Source: Candidatus Aegiribacteria sp.
Lineage (GTDB): Bacteria > Fermentibacterota > Fermentibacteria > Fermentibacterales > JCC-6
NCBI GenBank assembly: GCA_046498225.1
Contig: JAWOBF010000115.1
Coordinates: 1 to 43,185, forward strand
Direction of reading: 5' to 3'
Length of the DNA stretch: 43,185 bases
Positions 1 to 10,049 of this stretch are shown here, piece after piece. The first letter of the stretch is position 1. Each line of letters opens with the position of its first letter. The notes under the pieces were generated by a model, which made no database searches, was not told the origin of the DNA, and was given only the letters and a program-made list of their open reading frames with translations. Position numbers and translations under genes: made by a program.

Positions 1-23
1 AGGACACTTTCGGAATTGCTCAA
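1..23 (-). CDS. Possible 5' end of a gene running off the left edge (TTG start, MSNSESV...)
   Basis: TTG at 23-21, SD-like GAGGGAGA about 7 nt upstream (38-31), and a sigma70-like promoter at 115-88. Only 7 codons are visible. Confidence 0.3.
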
Positions 24-87
24 GCCTTATTCTCCCTCTGAAGTGTTCAACGCCAAAATAAGCAGGAAAGCTATGCCTTCTGCTTCG

Positions 88-115
88 ATAATACTAACCT
101 GTCACTCTCAGTCAA
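88..115 (-). promoter_or_regulatory. Sigma70-like promoter pointing off the left edge
   Basis: Minus strand TTGACT-N16-TATTAT. Confidence 0.45.
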
Positions 116-170
116 TTCCCATATGCGGATTTATCATAGGGAGCAGGGCTATATTCCGCCTGACAGCAGG

Positions 171-1055
171 CTACAGGCTCACAAGGGCAACACCTGCCAC
201 GGCCACCACCGCTCCGGCCACCTCCAGGGGCCGCAGTTTCTTGCCCAGGAACGCGACTTCCGGGAATATTATGAATACGGGCACCATGGCCATTATGGTC
301 GAGGCAATTCCAACCTCTATGAGCCGCACCGCAACAAGGGATAGGGACACTCCGAGAAAGGGGCCGAAGAACGCCCCCAGTGAGATGAAGCCCACGGCCT
401 GCCCGTTGCGGACTGCCCTGCCTATCCTGCCGGCGAGCCCGGTGAACGGGACAATCAGCATGAACACTGCGAGAGCCGCTATTATCCGTATCTGTGTGGC
501 GGCGAAAGCGCTGTAGTCACCCAGTCCGTGCTTGCTCAGCACCAGACCCGCAGCCTGGCCCAGGGTGCCGCCAAGGGCCAGCATGATACCCCGGATCGGA
601 TGGGCAAGTTTCATCCTGCTGGCCTCCTTTATGAGGATGACCATGCATATGCCGGTCACGGTCACGGTTATGCCCAGCCAGTGTTTCAGAGTCAGGGTCT
701 CGCCGAGGAATATCCAGCCCGTGAAAGCCGTAACCGGCGGAACCAGGGCGAATATCACCATGGTTATCCTGCTGCCGATGAGTATGAAAGCCCTGAACAG
801 GCAGAGGTCTCCCACCACGAATCCCACAACTCCGGAAAGACCCAGCCAGAACCACTGGAAGCCCGTGGCGTCCCAGGGGAGTGGCACACCCCTGACGACC
901 AGTGAGTAGAGGGACAGGAACACAAGTCCCCCCAAAAGTCTGATGATGTTCACCGGGAGCGCTCCCACCCTTTTACCGGCGGCTTCGAAGGACATGACGG
1001 TCACGGTCCAGCAGACCGCCGTCCCAAGTGCCGCCAGTTCACCGGCTCCCAGCAT
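171..1055 (-). CDS. DMT/EamA-family transporter
   Basis: About 10 hydrophobic helices in two EamA repeats (LSGVVGFVVGD..., FLGE/FLGK motifs). Start moved from 1076 to ATG 1055, which follows a GGAGG SD. Confidence 0.88.
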   Translation of the reverse strand: MLGAGELAALGTAVCWTVTVMSFEAAGKRVGALPVNIIRLLGGLVFLSLYSLVVRGVPLPWDATGFQWFWLGLSGVVGFVVGDLCLFRAFILIGSRITMVIFALVPPVTAFTGWIFLGETLTLKHWLGITVTVTGICMVILIKEASRMKLAHPIRGIMLALGGTLGQAAGLVLSKHGLGDYSAFAATQIRIIAALAVFMLIVPFTGLAGRIGRAVRNGQAVGFISLGAFFGPFLGVSLSLVAVRLIEVGIASTIMAMVPVFIIFPEVAFLGKKLRPLEVAGAVVAVAGVALVSL

Positions 1056-1084
1056 AAATCCTCCCTTCCGCATCACCGGCGATC

Positions 1085-4000
1085 GTGTGTATTATAATCC
1101 TGAAGCGCCGGGGTCGGTTTCCTCAGGGGTTGAGCAACAGCGGGCGCCATTCACGCACCGGGAAAGGAACCATACTGTCATTCGGGAATATTGACGAATT
1201 ATCTTCAGCTGTTACCTCCGTCCTCCAGGAGAGCATTTCCGAGTATTCCAGCGGGGCAAGGCTGCTCGCCGGAAGGACCAGGAAGCTCATGGAGGGGGAG
1301 CGCCGCAGAGTGGCTGTTCTGTTCCTGGACCTTACCGGGTTCACCGGCCTTGGCCAGGTTCTGGACCATGAAGTCCTTCATGATCTCGTGTTCAGGATCA
1401 TGGGCTTCTTCTCCTCGGTGGTGGAGTCATACGGGGGCTATGTGGACAAGTTCGAAGGTGACAGGCTTATGGCACTCTTCGGGGCCATGTCAGCCGCCGA
1501 GAACGACAGCGCAAGGGCTGTGGGCTGCGCTCTCAGGATCATGGATGTTCTGGAGGAACTGGGACCATCACTTCCGCAGAACATGGTAATGAACGCCAGG
1601 GCCGGCATACACACGGGGCCTGTTACGGTGGCCCCGGACCCCTCCGGTCATCTTACTGCTACCGGATCCACGGTGAACATGGCGTCCCGCATAGAGGAGA
1701 CGGCCAGTCCGGGAATGGTGACTGTCTCGGAGAGCGCCAGGAGAGAATGCGGCGATCTATTCAGTTTTTCCCGCCTGGGAGACTTCCAGATCAGGGATTT
1801 CAGCACTCCAGTATCCCTCTACGTTCCCCTCGGCCCCGGAAAGCTGAAATATGAAAGGTGGGAGAGGTCGGCAAGGCTTGCCGGAGCTCCTCTGATTGAC
1901 AGGAAGAAAGAGAGGGCAACCCTTGAAACGCTGCTGGGAAGGACCCTGGCCGAATCCGGGTCCACAGGGCTTCTGACGATACGGGGAGAGGCGGGTATAG
2001 GGAAATCCAGGCTTCTTCACCACTTTCTGAAGGGCACCGGGGACCAGACGGTTCTTCATGGCCATGCCAGGCGATACTCCCAGACGCCCTTCTGGATCTG
2101 GATAGACCTTCTCAGGCACTACTTCGGAATAAGCAGCCAGAACCGGGAAGAGATAAGCGGCATGGTAATGGCGCTGGCGGATGATTGTGAGAACCATAGA
2201 CTGGGGAACAAGATCAGGCAGGAAGCCGGTAGGTTAACCGAGCTTCTCCGCATGAACAGGAACGGTACGGAGGGGCATACTCCCGAGGAGAGCCATAGCA
2301 TCATCGTGGCCATCCGTCTTGCTCTGGACGCAATAGGCACCGGGAACGACCTTATCATCGCCCTGGAGGACGTTCACTGGATGGACACCCCTTCATCCAG
2401 GGTGCTGGATCTGTTCATCGAATCGGGCGGAGGTCCCTCAAGCACCCTGATAATCGTAACCGAGCGACCCTTTGAAAACTCATCGTCCACCCGGGCGGGC
2501 GACTGGGATGTTATGGAGCTTAAACCCCTGGGAGACGGTGATATAAACTCTATCTCCAGCTACCTTCTTTCCGATGGGGCAGAGCAGCTGGAATTTGACG
2601 GCACCCTGACGGAGTTCATCGCCGGAGGGGCCAGGGGCAATCCCTTCTACGCCGAGGAGCTGGTGCTGAGTCTTCTGGAGAGCGGAGGTATCCGGAAGGA
2701 CGGGGAAGGCGTGTGGAGGCTGACCATGGATCCCGACCGTATTGAGGTGCCTTCCTCGGTCCGGTCACTGGTGCAGTCAAGGGTGGATATGCTGCCGGCG
2801 CCGGAGAGGAAGATGCTGCAGATGGCCTCGGTGATAGGTGTGAGCTTCGCTGTCAGGGTCCTGGATGAGGTGATGTCACGGCTGGAGACCGGCATCGAAA
2901 TAAAGCATACCGGGAGGGGGCTGATCAAAAAGGGCTACCTGTCCGAGAACGGCGGCATGATGTCCTTCAGGCACGACCTGGTCCAGTCATCCGTTTACGG
3001 CACCCTGCTCCGTCACAACAGGAGGATCCTTCACGGTATCGCCGCCGGTGTATACGAGGATATATACTCTGAAGAGACCGCTGCCATGGCTCCCATAATA
3101 TTTGAGCACTGGAAGCTTTCCGGTAACCGTGACAGGACCATTGAATGGGCAGTCAGAGCGCTATCGATCGCCAGGGAGAACGAGCAGGGATCCGAACTCC
3201 TGAAAATTGCCGGAACCATACTGGAACTTGTGGATGAGGACTCGCAGGGATGGGAATGGAGGGCGAGGATCGAAGCGTTGAATGTCAGGCACTGGGTCCT
3301 GGCCAGGTTCGGTGACGTAACGGACGCCATGGATATCATCGATACGGTCCTGAAGGAAACCGGCGCAAGGAACGAGCCGGGAGAGGAAGCCTCGGCGATC
3401 AGGTTGAAATGCATTCTGCTGAACGAGATCGGTGAATTCGAACATATCGAGGACCTTTACCGGCTCGCACTGGAAAAGGCGCGGGAAGCTGGTGACCGGG
3501 CGCTGACCGCAAGCATCTACAGCACCATGGCAAACCACTATTCGGATACCGGTCTGAATGGCGCCGCTATGGAATACTATCGGAAAGCCAGGGAAATACT
3601 CCGGGAAACAGGTAACAGACACAGATTCGCCGCTCTCAAGACCAATCTGGCCAACCTTCTATCAAGAACAGGCGAGCGGGAGAGGGCGACGAAGGAGTTC
3701 CGTGACGCCGTAAGGGTTAGCAGAGAGCTGGGACTCAGGTCCACTCTGGGATACGCCCTTAACGGATACGCTATCAACATGGCCATGGACGGTAACCTGA
3801 AAAAGGCGGGAGAACTGTTCGAGGAGGCCCTGGAATATCAGATCGACATAGGGAACAAGACACTTCAGTCAAGCATACTGAACAATCTGGGAGTGCTCAC
3901 CAGGATGACGGGCGACCACCACCGCTCCCTGAAGTACAGGCTGGAGGCTCTGAAGCTGGCCCGGGAGTCGAGCAACATGAAATCCGAAGCGATAGCCCTG

Positions 4001-4321
4001 GTGAACGTGGCCAATATGTACCGGCTTCTCGGGGACTTCCAGAGCGCCCTGGAACTGTCAGGCAGCGCATTCGAACTCGCGGAACGGATAAGAGATCCTC
4101 TTTCCGCCTGTCATGCGCTCAGCATTCAGGGAATGATCCGCATTCTGATGGAGGACATCGGTGAAGCGCTCAGCCTGTACGAAAGGGCTTTATCGCTGGT
4201 GGAGAAGAAGAGTATCGATCCGGGTGCGGTGGACGATTTTCAGGAGTTCATGGACATGCTGCGGGAAAGGGACCTTTCCATCGGTTCACCCTCGAACTGG
4301 AGTGATGAAGAAGATGCTTGA
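1085..4321 (+). CDS. Class III adenylate/guanylate cyclase fused to a STAND/AAA_16 ATPase and C-terminal TPRs
   Basis: Cyclase motifs VLFLDLTGFT, DKFEGD, AGIHTGPV and VNMASRIE. Walker A GEAGIGKS, Walker B LEDVHWMD, GNPFY, FRHDL. TPRs such as LNNLG and LVNVANMY. The true start is probably near 1175 (see findings). Confidence 0.9.
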   Translation: MCIIILKRRGRFPQGLSNSGRHSRTGKGTILSFGNIDELSSAVTSVLQESISEYSSGARLLAGRTRKLMEGERRRVAVLFLDLTGFTGLGQVLDHEVLHDLVFRIMGFFSSVVESYGGYVDKFEGDRLMALFGAMSAAENDSARAVGCALRIMDVLEELGPSLPQNMVMNARAGIHTGPVTVAPDPSGHLTATGSTVNMASRIEETASPGMVTVSESARRECGDLFSFSRLGDFQIRDFSTPVSLYVPLGPGKLKYERWERSARLAGAPLIDRKKERATLETLLGRTLAESGSTGLLTIRGEAGIGKSRLLHHFLKGTGDQTVLHGHARRYSQTPFWIWIDLLRHYFGISSQNREEISGMVMALADDCENHRLGNKIRQEAGRLTELLRMNRNGTEGHTPEESHSIIVAIRLALDAIGTGNDLIIALEDVHWMDTPSSRVLDLFIESGGGPSSTLIIVTERPFENSSSTRAGDWDVMELKPLGDGDINSISSYLLSDGAEQLEFDGTLTEFIAGGARGNPFYAEELVLSLLESGGIRKDGEGVWRLTMDPDRIEVPSSVRSLVQSRVDMLPAPERKMLQMASVIGVSFAVRVLDEVMSRLETGIEIKHTGRGLIKKGYLSENGGMMSFRHDLVQSSVYGTLLRHNRRILHGIAAGVYEDIYSEETAAMAPIIFEHWKLSGNRDRTIEWAVRALSIARENEQGSELLKIAGTILELVDEDSQGWEWRARIEALNVRHWVLARFGDVTDAMDIIDTVLKETGARNEPGEEASAIRLKCILLNEIGEFEHIEDLYRLALEKAREAGDRALTASIYSTMANHYSDTGLNGAAMEYYRKAREILRETGNRHRFAALKTNLANLLSRTGERERATKEFRDAVRVSRELGLRSTLGYALNGYAINMAMDGNLKKAGELFEEALEYQIDIGNKTLQSSILNNLGVLTRMTGDHHRSLKYRLEALKLARESSNMKSEAIALVNVANMYRLLGDFQSALELSGSAFELAERIRDPLSACHALSIQGMIRILMEDIGEALSLYERALSLVEKKSIDPGAVDDFQEFMDMLRERDLSIGSPSNWSDEEDA

Positions 4322-4361
4322 ACCTTATCGGGATATTACGGCACCGGCACCGGGTCCGGGG

Positions 4362-6788
4362 TCAGCCGTTCAGTATGCTGCTTAGAAGGTTTGCCACCTG
4401 GTCGATGGAATAGGGCTTGGTCATTACCCCGGAAAACCCGTAGCTGGCGTAATCACTCATTATTGAGGAGTTGGAGTAACCGCTGGAGACTATGGCCTTT
4501 ACATCCGGGTCTATCCTGAGCAGTTCCTGAATGGTCTCCGTACCTCCCATTCCGGCGGGAATGGTCAGGTCCAGTATCACGGCGTCGTAGGGATTGGAAT
4601 TCTCCCGGCCCTGCATGTACATCTCAACCGCCCGGGAGCCTTCAGATACGCAGTCCACATGGTATCCCAGCTCGGTTAGAATGGCTCCGGCGGTCTCCCT
4701 GACCATCCTCTGGTCATCCATCAGAAGAATTCTTTTCCCGGACGGTTTCGGAGCTGCATGATCCTCAAAACTTTCTTCGTTGGTCCCCGAATCCGCCGGA
4801 AGATAGACCATGAAAGCGGTGCCTCTGCCCACCTCCGTGTCCACCATTATGTGCCCTCCATGTTTTCTGACTATGGAATAGGCGGTCGACAGCCCCAGCC
4901 CGGAACCGCTGTTCCTTGTGGAGAAGAAGGGGTCGAACAGTCTGCTGAGATGTTCTTCCTCAATTCCGTATCCGTCATCTTTAATAATGACCTTAACGTA
5001 GGATCCCGGGGGGATGCCGGGATGATCTCCCTCTGCCAGGTTCAGATTCTCAGCGCTCACCATGATCTTTCCGCCCTCCGGCATGGCCTGGGAGGCGTTG
5101 ATGATGATATTGCTGAAGACCTGCTCCATCTGTTCCCTGTCCACTGTGGCGGGTCGAAGGTTTTCCGGCAGATCGAACTCGGCGGTCACATTCGAGCCGC
5201 TGAGCACGAAGGAGCAGGTCTCCTTCAGGAGCTTGCCGAGAGACATGCTCTTCTTGATCGGGTTGCCCCCTCTGGAGAAAGTGAGCAGCTGCCTGGTTAG
5301 ATTGGACGCCTTGCTGGTGGCATGTTCAGAACTTGTCAGTATCTCGTAGAGGTCGCTGCCGGGTTCCACCATGGTCCTCGCCAGGGAGATATTACCCATG
5401 ATGGCTGTCAGGAAGTTGTTGAAATCATGGGCTATCCCGCCGGCAAGGAGCCCCAGGGATTCCAGCTTCTCGATCCTCTTCTGCTCCTCTTCCAGCTTCT
5501 TCAGGTCGGTTATGTCCCTGGCCACTCCCAGCACCGCGGCTTCCCCTCCGTACGCTATATCCCTGACGGAGAATTCGATGTGTCGGACCTCGCCGTCCTT
5601 CCTTGCGATCCTCAGCTGAAATACGTTGGGAATATCCGACTTACCCTCCTTTATCCTGCCGTCGGCCGTGACCATATCGCGGTCGTCCGTATCCACCAGA
5701 CTGATAAAATCCATTTCGAGCAGTTCATCCCTGGTGTAGCGGGTCATGTCGCAGACCATGTCGTTTACGAACAGGAAGCGTTCATTTCCGTATATGTAGA
5801 TACCGTCATGGCTCTGCTCCACCAGGGTCCGGTACTTCTTTTCGCTTTCCTCCAGCTCGGCCGTTCTCTCCCTCACCAGCTCCTCCAGGCGGAACCTGTG
5901 GGTTGCCAGCTCCTCCTCCACCTGCTTGCGCCCTGTGATATCCCGGACCGTAGCCTGCAGCAGCATCTTTCCTTTGATCTCTATCCGGCTTAGAAGGACT
6001 GTGGCGGGGAATTCCTCGCCGTCAACTCTTCTGTGAGTCCACTCGAAGAAATTGGAGCCGTTTTCCATGGCCCGGTCTATCATGTCCTTCGCCTTAATGG
6101 CGGATATCTGTCCGTCCGGCTGGTACTCGGGGGAAAGCTCCCAGGGCTGATGAGAAGTGAAATCAGCCTCGCTTCTGCAACCGAACATTCTGATGGTGGC
6201 GGGATTACCGGCGGTGAACAGCCAGTCGGGGGGTTCCAGCATCATTATGGCATCCCTGGAATTCTCGAACAGGGCCCTGTACTTCTCCTCATCCTCCTTC
6301 TGTTTCTTTTCCGCTTTCTTCTGGTCTGTTATGTCGATGAAGCTTAGAAGCAGCAGCCTGCCGGTATCCGTCTTCTGATGCACGTCCGTGGCGTTGAGTG
6401 ACATTATGCGCTCACCGACATTGAGCAGGTTGAGATTCGCTTCGTAGCCGTCGAAATCCCTGTGAATGGAAAGAAGTTCGTCCAGAAGATCTCGAAGGCC
6501 TTTCAGGTCCAGCAGCCCGTCCCCAATTGTGAACACCGATTCGTCCCTGATATTGTCAGGGTGTATTCCGAACATCTCGGTAAAGCTGTCGTTGACGAAT
6601 ACGCATTTCAGTTCAGAGTCGAGAACGAGTATAGGTTCGGTGATGGCGGAGATTATGCTGAAAAGGAAATCCACGCATTCCCCCGTATCGAGTTCCTCGA
6701 TTGGGCACATGCCAGGTCGGACCTTCCGCCCCGCGGGTTCCGGCCGTTCGTCTGTCAGCTCGTTCTTAGAAGAAACTGATTCATCCAT
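4362..6788 (-). CDS. Cytoplasmic hybrid sensor histidine kinase (3 PAS, HisKA, HATPase_c, REC)
   Basis: PAS/PAC ends DIT, H-box GIAHDFNN, N-box NIIINASQA, G boxes DDGYGI and GSGLGL, C-terminal receiver (MDD, ILDLTIP, KPY). GGAG SD upstream. Confidence 0.92.
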   Translation of the reverse strand: MDESVSSKNELTDERPEPAGRKVRPGMCPIEELDTGECVDFLFSIISAITEPILVLDSELKCVFVNDSFTEMFGIHPDNIRDESVFTIGDGLLDLKGLRDLLDELLSIHRDFDGYEANLNLLNVGERIMSLNATDVHQKTDTGRLLLLSFIDITDQKKAEKKQKEDEEKYRALFENSRDAIMMLEPPDWLFTAGNPATIRMFGCRSEADFTSHQPWELSPEYQPDGQISAIKAKDMIDRAMENGSNFFEWTHRRVDGEEFPATVLLSRIEIKGKMLLQATVRDITGRKQVEEELATHRFRLEELVRERTAELEESEKKYRTLVEQSHDGIYIYGNERFLFVNDMVCDMTRYTRDELLEMDFISLVDTDDRDMVTADGRIKEGKSDIPNVFQLRIARKDGEVRHIEFSVRDIAYGGEAAVLGVARDITDLKKLEEEQKRIEKLESLGLLAGGIAHDFNNFLTAIMGNISLARTMVEPGSDLYEILTSSEHATSKASNLTRQLLTFSRGGNPIKKSMSLGKLLKETCSFVLSGSNVTAEFDLPENLRPATVDREQMEQVFSNIIINASQAMPEGGKIMVSAENLNLAEGDHPGIPPGSYVKVIIKDDGYGIEEEHLSRLFDPFFSTRNSGSGLGLSTAYSIVRKHGGHIMVDTEVGRGTAFMVYLPADSGTNEESFEDHAAPKPSGKRILLMDDQRMVRETAGAILTELGYHVDCVSEGSRAVEMYMQGRENSNPYDAVILDLTIPAGMGGTETIQELLRIDPDVKAIVSSGYSNSSIMSDYASYGFSGVMTKPYSIDQVANLLSSILNG

Positions 6789-6915
6789 CGCGGATACTCC
6801 TACGCTTTATATGAACAGTTAATGCTCGAGCATCATATAATATCTTAATGCGTGACAAAGCAAGTGCGCCGCCGCTTGCAGGACCTGCATCCGAGCGGGA
6901 AATGGAGGAGAAGCA

Positions 6916-7356
6916 GTGCGAACCATCGAATATACCCCGATAGGAGTTGTTCACACCCCTTACAGCGAAAGCGCGCCATCGCAGGGAAAGGAGGATGATG
7001 ATACCGGTGAATTCTACCTGGAGCTGTTTCCCCGTTACAGCAACGGCCTTCGCGACCTTGAGCGATTCGATTTCATCATAGTCCTGTTCCATATGGACAG
7101 GGTAAGGGGATACGACGGTTCGAACGAAGCCCATCCCCCCCACATGGGAGGCGCCTCGGTGGGCCTTTTCGCCAGCAGGTCTCCCAATCGTCCCAATCCC
7201 GTAGGCCTGGATGTGGCCAGACTGCTTCGGGTGGAGGGGTCGAGGGTCTACACTTCCGGTCTCAGCGCTCTGGACAACACGCCGCTGCTGGACATCAAAC
7301 CATATATTCGGCTGGACAGAAAACCGAATCAAAGTCAACTTTCCGAGGACACTTAG
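6916..7356 (+). CDS. tsaA: tRNA m6t6A37 methyltransferase TrmO/TsaA (short form)
   Basis: IGVVHTPY, GLFASRSPNRPNPVGL and DNTPLLDIKPY signatures. GGAGG SD before the GTG. Confidence 0.85.
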   Translation: MRTIEYTPIGVVHTPYSESAPSQGKEDDDTGEFYLELFPRYSNGLRDLERFDFIIVLFHMDRVRGYDGSNEAHPPHMGGASVGLFASRSPNRPNPVGLDVARLLRVEGSRVYTSGLSALDNTPLLDIKPYIRLDRKPNQSQLSEDT

Positions 7357-7364
7357 TTGACAAT
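7332..7364. promoter_or_regulatory. Putative BirA operator (bioO-like) overlapping a TTGACA -35 upstream of birA
   Basis: aaGTCAAC-N16-GTTGACAat (arms 7334-7339 and 7356-7361), matching the TGTwAAC-N14-16-GTTwACA type of site. TTGACA at 7357-7362. Confidence 0.65.
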
Positions 7365-7453
7365 GATCCCGCCGGTAACAATAGTAAAATTACTGTAGCC
7401 AATACTTCTTACGGCATTGTTAACCTGCCGGCAGTCAGTACGGGGGAGGGGTC

Positions 7454-8461
7454 ATGAGTGAGAGCGCCAGCCGCATCCTCGGAATTCTTCGGGAGCGCGG
7501 AGGATATATCTCGGGACAGGATATGTCCCGTGAACTCGGTATATCCCGAACCGCCGTGTGGAAGAACGTTGAAAAGCTGAGAGAAACCGGTTACACCATA
7601 GACGCCGTCTCCAACAGGGGCTACCGCCTGGTTCAGAGCGTGGACCTGCCCACGTCAGACGAGATAGGAAGATATCTCGGCGAGAGTTCTTTGAACCCGA
7701 AGGTCGTCTACATGAAAACCGTGGATTCCACCAACAGCCTGGCGATGATGCTGGCGGCCCAGGGCGCTGTCCACGGCACCGTAGTAACCGCGGACATGCA
7801 GACATCCGGAAAGGGCAGAAAGGGAAGGGAGTGGCACTCACCTCCCGGAAGCAATCTCTATCTTTCAATGATACTCAGGCCTTCGGTGCCCCCTGCAGAA
7901 GCTTCCCAGATACCGGTCCTGACCGTGATAGCGTCCATAAGGGCGCTTCGCAGGCTGGTCCCGGACCTGACATGCTCCGTGAAATGGCCCAACGACATCT
8001 ACTGCGGCGGAAGGAAGATAAGCGGCACCCTGTGCGAGATGAAGGCCGAGATGGACAGCGTGGAGCATGTTGTGGTGGGTACAGGTATCAACGTGAACAC
8101 GGACCCATCTGAGATCAATATGCCGGAAACGGCTACATCACTGTTCATGGAGACCGGCCGCAGGTATTGCAGGGCTGAACTTGCAGCCAGGCTTCTGGAG
8201 GATTTCCAGAGCGCCTACGATGTCTGGATAGCCGAAGGCAGTCTCAGGCCTTTCATCCCGGAATGGAAATCCTGCTCCCTTCTACTAGGTTCCCAGGTGG
8301 ATGTGAGAACCGCCACCAAGATAGTAACGGGCAGGGCCATGGGCATCGCGGAGAACGGCGCTCTGAAGCTTCAGCTCAGGGATGGCACCCGGAGACTGAT
8401 ATACGCGGGTGACGCCACCCTTCACGGTGAATACGGACCTCATCGTCCAAAGAGATTTTAG
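7454..8461 (+). CDS. birA: Bifunctional biotin--[acetyl-CoA-carboxylase] ligase / biotin repressor
   Basis: N-terminal HTH (SGQDMSRELGISRTAVWK), DSTN, QTSGKGRKGREW, KWPNDI, KISGTLCE, GINVN and a C-terminal SH3-like domain. Confidence 0.95.
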   Translation: MSESASRILGILRERGGYISGQDMSRELGISRTAVWKNVEKLRETGYTIDAVSNRGYRLVQSVDLPTSDEIGRYLGESSLNPKVVYMKTVDSTNSLAMMLAAQGAVHGTVVTADMQTSGKGRKGREWHSPPGSNLYLSMILRPSVPPAEASQIPVLTVIASIRALRRLVPDLTCSVKWPNDIYCGGRKISGTLCEMKAEMDSVEHVVVGTGINVNTDPSEINMPETATSLFMETGRRYCRAELAARLLEDFQSAYDVWIAEGSLRPFIPEWKSCSLLLGSQVDVRTATKIVTGRAMGIAENGALKLQLRDGTRRLIYAGDATLHGEYGPHRPKRF

Positions 8462-8503
8462 TAGAGATTTATTGATTAAATGTGCCAGCAAAGGTAAGAA
8501 AGG

Positions 8504-9805
8504 TTAGCCCGGCTTGAGGATGTCCTCGCCGGAGATTCTGCTTCTGCGTTTCCGCTTGTCCTCGTACATGAGCGAATCCGCGCGGCTGAGAAGCAGTCCT
8601 ATCTGGGTCTGGTAGTGCAGTACCGTAGAATAGTACCCTATACTGAGGGAGAGCATGAAGGGCAGGGGTTTCTCCATCTCCATCTCCTCCAGGCGCGAAT
8701 CGATGCGGCGCCTTATGGATTTAAGGGAAAAGCCGTTGGTGTCCATGAACAGGACCACGAATTCATCGCCGCCTATCCTGGCGATTATGTCCGAATCCCG
8801 AAAGCAGTTCTCCAGCAGCACGGCGGTTGCTTCGATGGCGCTGTCACCGGCGGCGTGTCCCAGCCGGTCGTTTATCAGTTTCAGGTAGTCCAGATCGACG
8901 TAGAGAATGCCTATCTCAGGCTGTTTTCTCTTCGTGGAATCAAGCAGCTGCCGGCCCAGGGTCATGAATCCCCTTCTGTTGTATAGCCCTGTAAGGTCGT
9001 CATGCAGGGAGAGTTCGGTGAGCCGTTTCTCAAGTTCCACCCGGCCGGTTATATCCAGGAATGAAAAGACGTAGCACGGATCTTCCACCTCATCGTCATC
9101 AACGGTAACCGCCGTGGCGGATGCGAAGAAGGTGGTGCTGTCCATCCGCTGGCACTCCAGTTCACCCCCCCAACTGCCGTCCTTCTCCACAGCAGCCTTG
9201 ATGGTATCGAGGTCCGTCACCAGGGAGAACAGGTCTTCCATTTCCACTCTAAACATCTCGGCCCTGCCGTACCTCCAGTAGTTCAGGGCCTCGGCGTTCG
9301 CGTAGCATATCCCCCAGTCGCCGTCCGCTATCACTATGGCGCTTAGGGAACTGTCCAGAGCGCGGTTCTTCTTCAGCATCTCACGCTGGAACCGTTTTCT
9401 CTCGGAAGTATCCCTGAAAGTGATGAGTATGCAGCTGATGCCGCCATTCTCCACCAGGCTCGTGGTCATGTCCATGGCCTTGAGCGACCCGTCGCCGCAG
9501 ATTACCTTCTGGTCGAGGAAAACACCGTCCAGGATCTCCGGAACGTTCCCCTCCATATCGAGATGGAGTTCTTCATCGCCGTTACCCGGCAGTATCTCCT
9601 TCATGTTCTTTCCCACCAGCTTGCCCGGCTGGTAGCCGAGAACGTTCTTCACCGCGTCGCTTACCCTGATTATCCTGCCTGTCCCCGCGTCCACAACCAG
9701 CAGTACGTCCACGGAATTCCTGAAGACCAGCTCCAGCCTCTGCAGCCTTCGCCTGAGGATTGCGTTCTCCCTCTTCAGGCCGTCGGGGTCGGATGGATTA
9801 TCCAA
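8504..9805 (-). CDS. PAS-PAS diguanylate cyclase
   Basis: DDLTGLYNRR, DLDYLKLINDRLGHAAGD, RxxD I-site (RDSD) and intact GGDEF. TTG 9805 follows an AAGGAG SD; the ORF-track start is 9868. Confidence 0.9.
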   Translation of the reverse strand: MDNPSDPDGLKRENAILRRRLQRLELVFRNSVDVLLVVDAGTGRIIRVSDAVKNVLGYQPGKLVGKNMKEILPGNGDEELHLDMEGNVPEILDGVFLDQKVICGDGSLKAMDMTTSLVENGGISCILITFRDTSERKRFQREMLKKNRALDSSLSAIVIADGDWGICYANAEALNYWRYGRAEMFRVEMEDLFSLVTDLDTIKAAVEKDGSWGGELECQRMDSTTFFASATAVTVDDDEVEDPCYVFSFLDITGRVELEKRLTELSLHDDLTGLYNRRGFMTLGRQLLDSTKRKQPEIGILYVDLDYLKLINDRLGHAAGDSAIEATAVLLENCFRDSDIIARIGGDEFVVLFMDTNGFSLKSIRRRIDSRLEEMEMEKPLPFMLSLSIGYYSTVLHYQTQIGLLLSRADSLMYEDKRKRRSRISGEDILKPG

Positions 9806-10049
9806 TTGGCGCTCCTTTTTGGTATTCATCCAGCGTTTAACGACAGGAACATGCCGGGGTTCCGTCATCCCTCACATTACTCCCGGCCTACCACGCGGTA
9901 AATATAAGTCACAGCGGGTCTGACAGCGAATATCCGAATATGGTATCCGGTATTGACTATCACTGCAGGGAAAATGAATATATGCATCTGCCGGAATCCG
10001 CTGGAAGAACGCCCGGTACCATTATTCAATACCAAGAAGGAGAGCTAAG

